Shown in pieces: positions 1 through 11,842 of a stretch of DNA of 20,849 nt (the stretch's first letter is position 1; each line of letters opens with the position of its first letter). The DNA lies in NCBI GenBank assembly GCA_048938005.1, contig JBHLMQ010000017.1, positions 1-20,849 on the forward strand. Reading direction: 5' to 3'. Made by a program: the position numbers and the translations under genes. The notes beneath the pieces are model-generated. The model was not told where the DNA came from and did not search any database. It saw only the letters and a list, made by a program, of their open reading frames with translations. This DNA is from Promethearchaeota archaeon (GTDB lineage: Archaea; Asgardarchaeota; Lokiarchaeia; Sigyniarchaeales; SOKP01).

Positions 1-1332
1 AAAGTCTATGGAATATATCCAACTGCTGGTGAAATTGAGGGGATTCAATTATACGAACGTTTAGATAAATTGCCAGAAATTCCAGATCTCCTTGTAATTG
101 CAGTTGGTCCTGATGATACGCTAGATTATATTCAAGATTGTGCTGACCTAAATATCCCTGCAGCTGTAATAATTGGAGGCGGATTTGCTGAAATCGGTGG
201 AAAGGGTAAGAAGAGACAAGAAAAACTTGAAAAAATTGCGTTTAAAAACGATATTGCAGTATTAGGTCCAAATTGTTTGGGTGTCTATGCTCCACCAATC
301 GTTGATACGATTTTTCTGCCTACTGAACGTATCACACGCCCACCAAAGGGTTCTGTAGCGCTAATTAGCCAATCGGGGGGTGTACTTGTCGATCAATTCT
401 TTGTAAAGTTTAATGAGAGGAATATTGGTGTGTCTACCGCAGTTTCTATTGGTAATCGTGCTGTTGTTGATGAAACAATGTTATTAGAATATTTCAGTCA
501 AGTGGACCCTAAAACATCAAATATAGCTTTTTATTTGGAAGGTTTTAAAGAAGGCAAAGCTAAAAAGTTCTTACAGCTAGCAAAAGAATCTGAAGATACA
601 GTAATAGTATTTTTTGGTGGGAAAACGAGAGAAGGAAAAGTCGCAACACAATCGCATACAGCAAGTTTAGCGGGGGATTATAAAATTATTTATGATGCCT
701 TAAGGCAACATTATGTCATCCAACCACATTCTGAAAGAGAATTATTGACTTGTTTAAAAGTATATGATATATTATCCCATAAGAGAAATCCATTTGGTAA
801 AAATGTTATAACCATTGGCGATGTAGCAATAGTATCAGTTTCTGGAGGTCATGCTGTGTTGGCATCTGATATGTTAAAGAAATATGGATTAAACGCTGTG
901 AGATTTTCCCAACAAGAAAAAAAAGACTTAAAAAATCTTATGAATCCCTCCGCCCAAAATATCGCATCTTTTAATAATCCCATTGATTTAACAGGTTCGG
1001 TATTAGATACAGACATTGAAAATGTAATTCGTTATTTATCTGATTTGGATAAAATTGAATGCATTATAATGCTTTTACTACCATATCCCCCTAATATCTC
1101 TTTTCAAATTGGTAGAAGAATTGCCAATATTGTAGTATCCAAAAATAAACCAGTTGTGTGTTTTGTTCCATATGTTCCAAAATATTCTTTGATAATAGAA
1201 TCATTAGAACTCGCTAATATTCCTGTCTTTCATTCAATTAAAGAGACAGTTCAAGCTGTATCAGCATTAAAAGAAAGAACTAGAGTAGATAATTTAAAAA
1301 TAAAAAACTTCTTTTGGAAGGAAAAACCTTAA
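1..1332 (+). CDS. Acyl-CoA synthetase (NDP-forming) alpha-type / CoA-binding protein, 5'-truncated by the window edge
   Basis: Frame is open from base 1 (KVYGIYPTAGEIEGIQLYERLDKLPEIPDL), so the TTG at 70 is not the true start. Motifs GGGFAEIG, LGPNCLG, ISQSGG, SIGN, YLEG, SHTASLAG (phospho-His), SGGHAVLASD and NPIDLTG are typical of AcdA/acetate-CoA ligase. Confidence 0.9.
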   Translation, partial: KVYGIYPTAGEIEGIQLYERLDKLPEIPDLLVIAVGPDDTLDYIQDCADLNIPAAVIIGGGFAEIGGKGKKRQEKLEKIAFKNDIAVLGPNCLGVYAPPIVDTIFLPTERITRPPKGSVALISQSGGVLVDQFFVKFNERNIGVSTAVSIGNRAVVDETMLLEYFSQVDPKTSNIAFYLEGFKEGKAKKFLQLAKESEDTVIVFFGGKTREGKVATQSHTASLAGDYKIIYDALRQHYVIQPHSERELLTCLKVYDILSHKRNPFGKNVITIGDVAIVSVSGGHAVLASDMLKKYGLNAVRFSQQEKKDLKNLMNPSAQNIASFNNPIDLTGSVLDTDIENVIRYLSDLDKIECIIMLLLPYPPNISFQIGRRIANIVVSKNKPVVCFVPYVPKYSLIIESLELANIPVFHSIKETVQAVSALKERTRVDNLKIKNFFWKEKP

Positions 1333-1342
1333 TTCTTCAAAT

Positions 1343-2158
1343 TTAAGTCACATCTACTAACTTATCAATCTCCTCAATAGCTTTTTTCACATAATTGACA
1401 TCTTCAAATATTATTTCTATTGCTTTTTGTGGGCATATATCAACACATCGACCGCATCCTCTGCACTCATTACTGATAACGGCACGATTATTTTTTATTT
1501 CTATAGCATTAACAAAACACACTCCCATTGTACATGTTCCACATCCAATGCATTTATCAGTCACCTGAATTTTTATTCCGGGCATCTTTTTAATCTTAGA
1601 TCCTATTTTTGGGGCTATGATTGGAGATACACGCCATAAACAACAGCATGGATCACAATTACATATACTCAAAAGTTTTTCTCCAGGTTTAACACCAAGC
1701 CATTGTGCATCTAATTTATTTCTGCCAATCATGTGAACTAAACCCGCTTCTTTGCATTTTTTTAAATGTTCTAGAGCTTCTTTTTTAGAAACTAATCTTC
1801 CTAATTGAGGGTTAATATCCAATACAGCTTCTCCAAGGAAAAGACATCCCAACTCAATAGGATAATCTTTACATTTCATACTTGTTCTACAAATACAGAA
1901 ATTCATGATCCAGTGATATTTAGCTTTATTAATGAAGTATTCTAATACTTGAGATGGTAATACAATTTCATTATATTCTCCCATTGATTTATTAATCTCA
2001 ATAACTTTATCCTGAGGGAGATAAATAATATCATCGCCCTTAAAAAGGAGGTGATCAAAAAAAGTTCTTAAAATAGGTAAATTCGTCAATTTGGCAATAA
2101 ATTTGACATTGGGGAATGCCTTTTTTATTAATTTTACAAACCATAATGGACGAGCCAT
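1343..2158 (-). CDS. 4Fe-4S dicluster (ferredoxin-domain) protein with a Cys-rich N-terminal domain
   Basis: CICR..C, LGCLFLG and ICNCDPCCC motifs, plus C-terminal CIGCGTC..C and CRGCGRCVDICP ferredoxin motifs. Confidence 0.85.
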   Translation of the reverse strand: MARPLWFVKLIKKAFPNVKFIAKLTNLPILRTFFDHLLFKGDDIIYLPQDKVIEINKSMGEYNEIVLPSQVLEYFINKAKYHWIMNFCICRTSMKCKDYPIELGCLFLGEAVLDINPQLGRLVSKKEALEHLKKCKEAGLVHMIGRNKLDAQWLGVKPGEKLLSICNCDPCCCLWRVSPIIAPKIGSKIKKMPGIKIQVTDKCIGCGTCTMGVCFVNAIEIKNNRAVISNECRGCGRCVDICPQKAIEIIFEDVNYVKKAIEEIDKLVDVT

Positions 2159-2228
2159 TTATTATTCTCAACTTTAAATTTCAATAATTTAGTTTTATTT
2201 CATTTTTAATTAATAAATAATTTTGTAA

Positions 2229-5405
<3,177 letters not shown>

Positions 5406-5533
5406 CTAAATTATTTATACTTATTTATCGTTATTTCAAAAAAGAATACGAAAGGAATAAATTTTATACTTTTAAATAACATTAATGCTAGAGTAAGATT
5501 AAGAAATGATCTTATTTTCTTTTTTGAATTATT

Positions 5534-6496
5534 ATGAAAGTCTATATTGAGTTATTGAAAGAATTAGAACGTTCAATTGATACGATGCGTCCAGAAAGGG
5601 GTAAAATTCCACTCAAAATTTTGGGTTATGGAGAAATTAGCTTAGTTTTTGAATTGTTAGATGATCCTCAACATTTAGCTTATAAAAGAATCCCTATTTT
5701 TGATAATAAAAACCAGGTAAAAAGGCATATCTGGGCATATAATGAATATAATAGAATTTTAAACTCTGAAATTGGATTAAATCTTCCTCAGTTTGATACT
5801 GCATGGTTTGAAGATGATAGTGGAAAAATTCAATTTTATTGTATTCAAGAGAAAATTAATCCTGATTCAGTGGGTAATAAAGTAATTCATAAAGTTACCA
5901 ATAAAGAAATAGAATTATTGGTTCTCCTTGCCATGAGAGAAATGTATAAAGTATGGAATTATAGTAGAAAGAACAAGACCATAGATTTAGGACTTGATGG
6001 ACAAATTTCTAACTTTGCAATAATCGATTATGATTCAAATAAGCCAAAAGTTGAAGATGATTCCAAACTATTCTATTTAGATACAAGTACTCCAATGTTT
6101 CGTATAAATGGGAAAGAGGCTATGGAAGCAGAACTTTTTCTAAAGAGTGCCCCTTCATTTTTAAGATGGCTTTTGAAAGCTCTTTTTTTAGAAGAAACTG
6201 TTGGGCGTTATTACGATTGGAGAAAAGTTACAATTGATCTAGTAGCAAATTTTTTTAAAGAACAAAAACCTGAATTAATTCCTGGCTTAATTCGACTTGT
6301 TAATAAATTTTTTAAAGAAGAAGCAAGTGAATTTGAAATTAAACCAATAACCTTAGCAGAAGTTCTAAAATATTATAAAAGCGATGCAAATATGTGGGCG
6401 ATTTTCCAAAGTGTTAGAAAATTTGATAGATATATAACAACTAAATTATTCCGAAAAAAATATGATTTCTACCTTCCGGGGAAAATTGAAAGGTAA
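5534..6496 (+). CDS. DUF6206-like protein, probable protein-kinase-like fold
   Basis: LGYGEISLVF (Gly-rich loop-like), AYKR (beta3 Lys), LDGQISN (catalytic-loop-like DxxxxN) and YLDT (DFG-position Asp). Family name is from recall. Confidence 0.7.
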   Translation: MKVYIELLKELERSIDTMRPERGKIPLKILGYGEISLVFELLDDPQHLAYKRIPIFDNKNQVKRHIWAYNEYNRILNSEIGLNLPQFDTAWFEDDSGKIQFYCIQEKINPDSVGNKVIHKVTNKEIELLVLLAMREMYKVWNYSRKNKTIDLGLDGQISNFAIIDYDSNKPKVEDDSKLFYLDTSTPMFRINGKEAMEAELFLKSAPSFLRWLLKALFLEETVGRYYDWRKVTIDLVANFFKEQKPELIPGLIRLVNKFFKEEASEFEIKPITLAEVLKYYKSDANMWAIFQSVRKFDRYITTKLFRKKYDFYLPGKIER

Positions 6497-6527
6497 GTAT
6501 TAAGAATTATTGAAATATATTGAAGAT

Positions 6528-7661
6528 ATGACTTATAGACCAAAGGTCTTTTTCACTTCTAATGTTTTTTCAAGTGAGGAAATTGGCTCTAATAAGAAAA
6601 TTTCTGAAAATTTCCGTATTAAAATTAAGGAATTATGGCAACAATTAGAACAAATTTCAGAATTAAAAATTTTCAATGGAAGATTTCCATCAGAGAATCA
6701 AATTAAAAATGAAGTAAAAAACTTCAATCCAGATATTATTGGATGCCATTTGAGTCATACAATATCCTCAGAAATTTTAAAAAACTCAAAAATTTTTGCT
6801 ATCTCTACATCAACTGCAGGATACAATCATATTCGAAGAACTGAAGAAGATGATATTTTAATTACCCATACACCAGGGATTCTCCATAAAACAGTAGCTG
6901 ATTACACAATAGCATTAATAATGGCGAATTTAAGAAATTTGATCGATCTTCATAATTATGTATGGGATAATCAATGGACACCTGATGATAAATGGGATTT
7001 AGATCAATCTCTTTCCTCCGTAATTACTGATAAAATACTCGGAATTGTAGGGTTGGGTGAAATTGGGAAGGAAATAGTAAAAAAACTCTATCAGTGGGGT
7101 ATCAAAATTCTCTATTATGATATTAGACAAATGATTGAATTTGAAAAAGATTATCCTTTAATCGAATTTAAAGAAAATATTGAAGATATTTTTCAAGAGT
7201 CAGATATCGTTAGTTTACACATTCCTTTAAACGAACATACAAAAAATTTAATAAATCGAGATTTATTAAAACTAATGAAAAAAGAAGTTTTACTTATAAA
7301 TACTGCTCGGGGAGGCATCTTGGACTTAGATACTCTGATAGAAATGTTAGAACATAAAGAAGTTCAGATAAATATTGCTTTTGATGTTTTTCCTATAGAA
7401 CCAATTAAATTAAAAACTCTTAATCGCTTGAAAAATATAAAAAAAAATCAACCGAACTTGAGAATGATTCTAATTCCACATAATGCCTCCGCAGATGCAA
7501 ATACACGAGGTAAAATGACCGTTATCTTTTTACAAGATATAATTAATATAATAAAATCTTCATCTATAGAAGATTTGATAGATGTTCATATTATTCCTGA
7601 ACATAAAAAACAATTAACTGAAAAAAAATGGAGAATTTTTAATTATTGGGAAAAAAAATGA
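6528..7661 (+). CDS. D-isomer-specific 2-hydroxyacid dehydrogenase (glyoxylate reductase-like)
   Basis: TAGYNHI, THTPG, GIVGLGEIG (NAD-binding), SLHIPL, INTARGG, DVFPIEP and PHNASA. ATG 6528 preferred over TTG 6510. Confidence 0.9.
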   Translation: MTYRPKVFFTSNVFSSEEIGSNKKISENFRIKIKELWQQLEQISELKIFNGRFPSENQIKNEVKNFNPDIIGCHLSHTISSEILKNSKIFAISTSTAGYNHIRRTEEDDILITHTPGILHKTVADYTIALIMANLRNLIDLHNYVWDNQWTPDDKWDLDQSLSSVITDKILGIVGLGEIGKEIVKKLYQWGIKILYYDIRQMIEFEKDYPLIEFKENIEDIFQESDIVSLHIPLNEHTKNLINRDLLKLMKKEVLLINTARGGILDLDTLIEMLEHKEVQINIAFDVFPIEPIKLKTLNRLKNIKKNQPNLRMILIPHNASADANTRGKMTVIFLQDIINIIKSSSIEDLIDVHIIPEHKKQLTEKKWRIFNYWEKK

Positions 7662-8230
7662 TTAGATCATTTATAGCACTTGAATTAAGGGATAAAGAGA
7701 CTATTGAAAATATTACTGCTTTTGCTTCTCGCTTGAAGCAGAATCAACCAAAACTCAAATTAGTTGAACCAGAAAATTTACATATGACAGTAAAATTTTT
7801 AGGAAATATCCCTGAAACTATCGCACCAAAAATCTATAATATTTTGCAGAAAGAAATTAATGATACACATTTTGAAGGTAAGATATTTAAATATTACTTA
7901 AGAGGTGTAGGTCAGTTTAATAGATTTTCAGTTTTATGGATAAAACTTGTAGGTGATATTCAATTCTTACAGAACATTAAAGATTCTGTTGAAAATTTAT
8001 TATTTGAAAAATTAAAAATTGATCGAGATAAGCGAACACAATTTAAACCTCACTTGACAATCGGAAGACTAAGGAAAGAAAAGATTAACTATAAAACATT
8101 TGATGTTCTTAAAAAAATGATAAATGAGAATAAAACCACGGAATTTGGAGAATTTAATATTAACCAAATCAAATTTAAGAAGTCAGAACTAACCCCCAAA
8201 GGCCCTATATACACGGATTTAATTTTCTAA
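7658..8230 (+). CDS. thpR: RNA 2',3'-cyclic phosphodiesterase (2'-5' RNA ligase family, 2H phosphoesterase)
   Basis: MIRSFIAL start, two HxT motifs (LHMTVKFLG, PHLTIGR) and C-terminal SELTPKGPIY. ATG 7658 overlaps the upstream TGA (ATGA coupling). Confidence 0.92.
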   Translation: MIRSFIALELRDKETIENITAFASRLKQNQPKLKLVEPENLHMTVKFLGNIPETIAPKIYNILQKEINDTHFEGKIFKYYLRGVGQFNRFSVLWIKLVGDIQFLQNIKDSVENLLFEKLKIDRDKRTQFKPHLTIGRLRKEKINYKTFDVLKKMINENKTTEFGEFNINQIKFKKSELTPKGPIYTDLIF

Positions 8231-8236
8231 CAAAAA

Positions 8237-8929
8237 ATGACGATTAAAGCAATTGTTTGGGATTTAGATGGGACATTGATTCATTTTAAAATTGATTATT
8301 TAAGAGCTCGTAAAATTGCTATAAAAATTTTAAGAAGATACGGTGTTCCTAAGCATCTTCTCACTGTTAAAAGCTCTATTTTAGAGAATATTAATTATTC
8401 AAGAGAATTTTTTAAAGAAAGAGGTTATCCTGAAGAAAAAATAAAAACAATAATAACAGAAGTAGATAATGAGATAATTAAAATAGAACATGAAGCTGCA
8501 ATAAATGCTACAATCATTAATGGTATAGATCAAGTATTAGAGTTTGCAAAGGCTAAAAATTTAAAGCAAGCTATTTTTACATTCAATACAAAAAAAAATG
8601 CAGAGATATCACTCAAAAAAGTAAATATATCACAATATTTTAATGTTATTGTAGGAAGAGATAACATTATCAATTTAAAACCTCATCCAGATCATCTAAT
8701 TTACATTTGTAAAGAATTGAAAGTAAAACCTAACGAAATTTTAGTAATTGGCGATACTAATCGCGATATTGAAGCAGCTATCAACGTTGGAGCTCACTCA
8801 ATAGCTTTACACACAAAAATAGCTAATTTATTTAAGCAAGAGACTTTTAAAAAAGCAGAAGAAATAATCGAATTAGAGGAGATCCCTTCCAAATTAATAA
8901 ATGTAATTGAAAAAATCTTATCACATTAA
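8237..8929 (+). CDS. HAD-superfamily hydrolase (phosphoglycolate phosphatase-like)
   Basis: WDLDGTL motif I, FTFN motif II, KPHP motif III, IGDTNRDIEAA motif IV. Confidence 0.9.
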   Translation: MTIKAIVWDLDGTLIHFKIDYLRARKIAIKILRRYGVPKHLLTVKSSILENINYSREFFKERGYPEEKIKTIITEVDNEIIKIEHEAAINATIINGIDQVLEFAKAKNLKQAIFTFNTKKNAEISLKKVNISQYFNVIVGRDNIINLKPHPDHLIYICKELKVKPNEILVIGDTNRDIEAAINVGAHSIALHTKIANLFKQETFKKAEEIIELEEIPSKLINVIEKILSH

Positions 8930-8930
8930 A

Positions 8931-8946
8931 CAAAAAAGTTATAAAT
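8931..8946 (+). promoter_or_regulatory. Putative archaeal BRE/TATA promoter for the DUF211 gene
   Basis: CAAAAAAG followed by TTATAAAT about 70 nt upstream of ATG 9014. The AT-rich background lowers specificity. Confidence 0.4.
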
Positions 8947-9013
8947 CTTTATAGAACTATTAATGTTATAATAATGATCTTAATAACAATTGTGAGGGTT
9001 TAGAAATTACAAA

Positions 9014-9268
9014 ATGAAAGTCGAATTCCTTTTGGATGTTCTCAAGCCACATCAGCCTTCTAGCTACTTAATTGCTCAAGAATTAATGAAAGTTCAAGGT
9101 GTAACAAGAGTTCGAATAAAAGTTGAAGAATTAGATCAAAAGACTGCTTCTTTACAGCTTAACATCGAGGGAAATAATCTTTCTCTTGAGGAGATAACAG
9201 AACAATTAAATTCTCTTAATTGTGCTGTTCATTCACTTGATGAGGTTATCTGTGAAGAGAAGGATTGA
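9014..9268 (+). CDS. DUF211 family small archaeal protein
   Basis: LLDVLKPHQP and C-terminal AVHSLDEV match the family pattern as recalled; 84 aa. Confidence 0.8.
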   Translation: MKVEFLLDVLKPHQPSSYLIAQELMKVQGVTRVRIKVEELDQKTASLQLNIEGNNLSLEEITEQLNSLNCAVHSLDEVICEEKD

Positions 9269-9298
9269 TAAACTATTAATAGTTTCTTTACTTTATAC

Positions 9299-9307
9299 TT
9301 TTTTTTT
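9299..9307 (+). terminator. Putative oligo-T archaeal terminator
   Basis: T9 run about 30 nt after the DUF211 stop codon. Confidence 0.4.
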
Positions 9308-9382
9308 AAAATTAATATATAACAAAAAAAATAAAAACTAGTTTTACTCTTTTTAATCTAAATAAGGTATAAATTACTAGAC

Positions 9383-9736
9383 ATGCAAGATCCAAGTATA
9401 ATTAAAATCATTCAAAAGCAAGGAGAAATCAATGATGAATTAGATTTTGCTTTAATGAATTATTTACTTCAAAATCGTGGACCTGGGTTTACTGCTTGTC
9501 AACCCTCTTTAGTAGAACTTGAAGGGGGTAAGAAAGCTATTAAAATGAATATAGATCATACTTTTGTTGATAAGGATAACCAATTAATGGGCTTAGGAAT
9601 TGTGGGCAAGATCTACATCGACTTAGATTCTCTTCAAGTGATCTATTGTACCCCTGTTGAGGATTTACAAAATAATATCAAAGTATTAAAATCCGCGGGA
9701 ATTGAACCTCAACCTAGACCAAAAGGTAAATACTAA
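9383..9736 (+). CDS. Hypothetical protein
   Basis: 117-aa ATG-started ORF filling an intergenic gap, with protein-like composition. No motif recognised. Confidence 0.75.
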   Translation: MQDPSIIKIIQKQGEINDELDFALMNYLLQNRGPGFTACQPSLVELEGGKKAIKMNIDHTFVDKDNQLMGLGIVGKIYIDLDSLQVIYCTPVEDLQNNIKVLKSAGIEPQPRPKGKY

Positions 9737-9833
9737 TTTTCACTTAATTCTTATGAATTGATAAAAGGAAAGACATATATTCCCTTAGAAAAAAATATAA
9801 AACTCACTTCATTCTTAACTTTACTGAATTAAA

Positions 9834-10382
9834 ATGTCGAATAAAGAAAGTAAAATTAAACAATTAATTCAAGATTATTTGTTAGAGGAAGGATTATTGC
9901 GAGGAAAGATACCAGATCCTAAACTTGATTTTGGATTCCAATTCGTTTTTCCGCCTGGAAAAGATCCTTTTGGACGTCAAATTGGTAGGAATATGGTTGT
10001 TTTTCGACCTAATAATAAAAATTTACTTGTTGTGAGTTTAGGAATTCAAATTTCAGAACCGCATACAAACGCCTTGAATTCTCTAGAAAATGAAAGAAAA
10101 TTTAACTATTTCATGGATTTAAGAAAATCATTTCTTTTAAAAGATGTTTTTTATCGAATAGACATCAAGAATTATCGTTATGAAATAATAGATCAAACAT
10201 TTCTTAATAAGGATGGATTTATTTCCAAAAATTCGTTTTTCAAAAGTATTCGAAAAGTTTTTAATTGTGCTGCTTATAGTAATATTATTTTAGGAGAATA
10301 TTGTGCTGGTAAAATAAAACCAGAAGATTTTATGAAATCCAAAGAATTTACTTCAAGCTCTGATTTTTCTCTCTATTCTTAA
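9834..10382 (+). CDS. DUF2299-like protein
   Basis: IQDYLLEEG...DFGFQFVFPP and a C-terminal IIDQTFLNKDGFISKNSFFKSIRKV pattern resemble archaeal DUF2299 (recall). Confidence 0.65.
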   Translation: MSNKESKIKQLIQDYLLEEGLLRGKIPDPKLDFGFQFVFPPGKDPFGRQIGRNMVVFRPNNKNLLVVSLGIQISEPHTNALNSLENERKFNYFMDLRKSFLLKDVFYRIDIKNYRYEIIDQTFLNKDGFISKNSFFKSIRKVFNCAAYSNIILGEYCAGKIKPEDFMKSKEFTSSSDFSLYS

Positions 10383-10412
10383 ATTAAATTTAAACCCTAA
10401 TGGTGAGAGATA

Positions 10413-10931
10413 ATTTTTGAGAAATGGTTACAAGCATTAGGAAAACTTGATTATGTACAAGGAAAGGCAAGACCTAGGGTGGAATGTATCTTATGTGCTG
10501 TAAGAGACAATGATGAAAGGGTTAAATCCTTGAAAATTTATGAAGATGATTTATGTTTTATTGTTTTAAATATCTATCCTTATAATCCTGCCCATTTGTT
10601 GATTGTTACTCAGAGACATGTAACTAAATTTATTGAGCTTACAAAAGAAGAGCTCCTCCATATCAATAGAGCAATTCAAGGTTTACAATTGTTATTAGAT
10701 GATTTATATAGTCCCAAGGGGTATAATATTGGTATGAATCAAGGTAAAGATGCTGGAGGTAGCATTGAACATCTACATTTTCATTTAGTTCCGAGATATG
10801 GCTCTGAACTTGGATTTATCGATATTATTGGGAAAACTAGACCATTACCTGAAGGATTAGAAGCAGTCAAGAAGAAATTAATGAGTAAAATTCAAAGATA
10901 TTTAAATAGGAAATTTTTTGAAAATTATTAA
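10413..10931 (+). CDS. HIT-family nucleotide hydrolase (Ap4A phosphorylase/FHIT-like); start uncertain
   Basis: CILC, LNIYPYNPAHLLIV, GYNIGMNQGKDAGGSIEHLHFHLVPR (HxHxH). The frame is open upstream of GTG 10479 back to TGA 10404 and encodes a family-like N-terminus (FEKWLQALGKLDYVQGKARPRVECILC). No ATG/GTG/TTG lies in frame there (see findings). Confidence 0.88.
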   Translation: MFEKWLQALGKLDYVQGKARPRVECILCAVRDNDERVKSLKIYEDDLCFIVLNIYPYNPAHLLIVTQRHVTKFIELTKEELLHINRAIQGLQLLLDDLYSPKGYNIGMNQGKDAGGSIEHLHFHLVPRYGSELGFIDIIGKTRPLPEGLEAVKKKLMSKIQRYLNRKFFENY

Positions 10932-10945
10932 AACTTAGTCAAATT

Positions 10946-10961
10946 AAAAAAGAAAAAAAAA
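10946..10961 (-). terminator. Putative oligo-T terminator of the histone gene
   Basis: A-tract on + strand (T9-C-T6 on the - strand) about 30 nt downstream of the histone stop. Confidence 0.5.
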
Positions 10962-10990
10962 TTTACATTAATTATTAAAATCTAAAGGAT

Positions 10991-11227
10991 CTACCTTGTA
11001 GCTGCACGGATATCAGCAGCAGTAACTCTTTTGCGCTTGTCAGCCTTACAAACTTTTATAGCGTCTTTAGTTGCTGTAGCTGCACTCTTTTCAAGGAAAT
11101 CAATTAATTTATCGAGTGCTTCAGCTGCTACCAAATCTGCTCCTTCCTTTTTCATCAATCTTCTAATAGGTGCTTTAGCAATATATCCTTCAGATTTCTT
11201 CTTGGCTGGTGCTTTCTTTTTAGCCAT
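10991..11227 (-). CDS. Archaeal histone (HMf-like fold) with a Lys-rich N-terminal tail
   Basis: APIRRLMKKEGADLV...AIKVCKADKRKRVTAADI aligns without gaps to HMfB. Tail is MAKKKAPAKKKSEG. GGAGG Shine-Dalgarno upstream of the ATG. Confidence 0.93.
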   Translation of the reverse strand: MAKKKAPAKKKSEGYIAKAPIRRLMKKEGADLVAAEALDKLIDFLEKSAATATKDAIKVCKADKRKRVTAADIRAATR

Positions 11228-11299
11228 GATTATTCCTCCACTATTTATTTATTTTTGTTATTTTTTTAAAGTTAATTAAGTATAACTACACATTTCTAT

Positions 11300-11324
11300 T
11301 ATATAAATGTTATGATTCGAATCA
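11300..11324 (-). promoter_or_regulatory. Histone gene TATA box plus adjacent 12-bp palindrome
   Basis: TTTATATA on the - strand (11300-11307). Perfect palindrome TGATTCGAATCA at 11313-11324, at or next to the BRE position. Confidence 0.55.
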
Positions 11325-11434
11325 ATATTACTATGAAAGAGCAACAAGAGATCATATTAATTCGAAAATTAGATCGTTTTATTAATTTGATATTAATTTT
11401 TCCGACTAAATTCAAAATTTAATTTTTATTAGAT

Positions 11435-11727
11435 AAAAGCGTAGTTTCTTAATTTTTTGAATTTTTACTTTTATTAATGTTTCAATAAAAAAAAAGAAAT
11501 TTAATCAATCCATTATTAAGCATTGTTAAAATTTCAGTGATTACAGAATTAATTATTTTTGAACTGTGATTTCTTAAAACCTTAAATTCTAAATTTTTTG
11601 GATTTTTATTAATATTAATATTTCAATCAATAATTTTTATTAAAAATCTTAGTCTGTTACTTCATTCAACTATCAACAAATTCATAAAGTTTTAATAAAA
11701 AATAAATTCAAAACTGAAAACCTTAAA
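11435..11727. repeat. Degenerate direct repeat with 141-bp period in the AT-rich histone/trmB intergenic region
   Basis: 11448-11486 vs 11589-11627 are 33/39 identical. AAAACCTTAAA occurs at 11576 and 11717. Both offsets are 141 bp. Confidence 0.45.
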
Positions 11728-11842
11728 ACTTAAAATCTTGTGGTATTATGTCTTTTTTAAATATAAAAATTAAAATATTAATTATTTGATTAGTGTATTG
11801 TAAATAAAATATTAGGATTTGATCAATAGTTTTTAATTATCA

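Noticed and set aside
11031-11279. 82-aa hydrophobic ORF on the + strand
   Set aside because: Antisense shadow of the histone gene. The apparent hydrophobicity comes from reversed Lys/Ala codons.
11228-11842. Replication origin, CRISPR array or tRNA in the long intergenic gap
   Set aside because: No ORB-like G-string, no adjacent cdc6/orc1, no identical regularly spaced repeats and no GC-rich cloverleaf.
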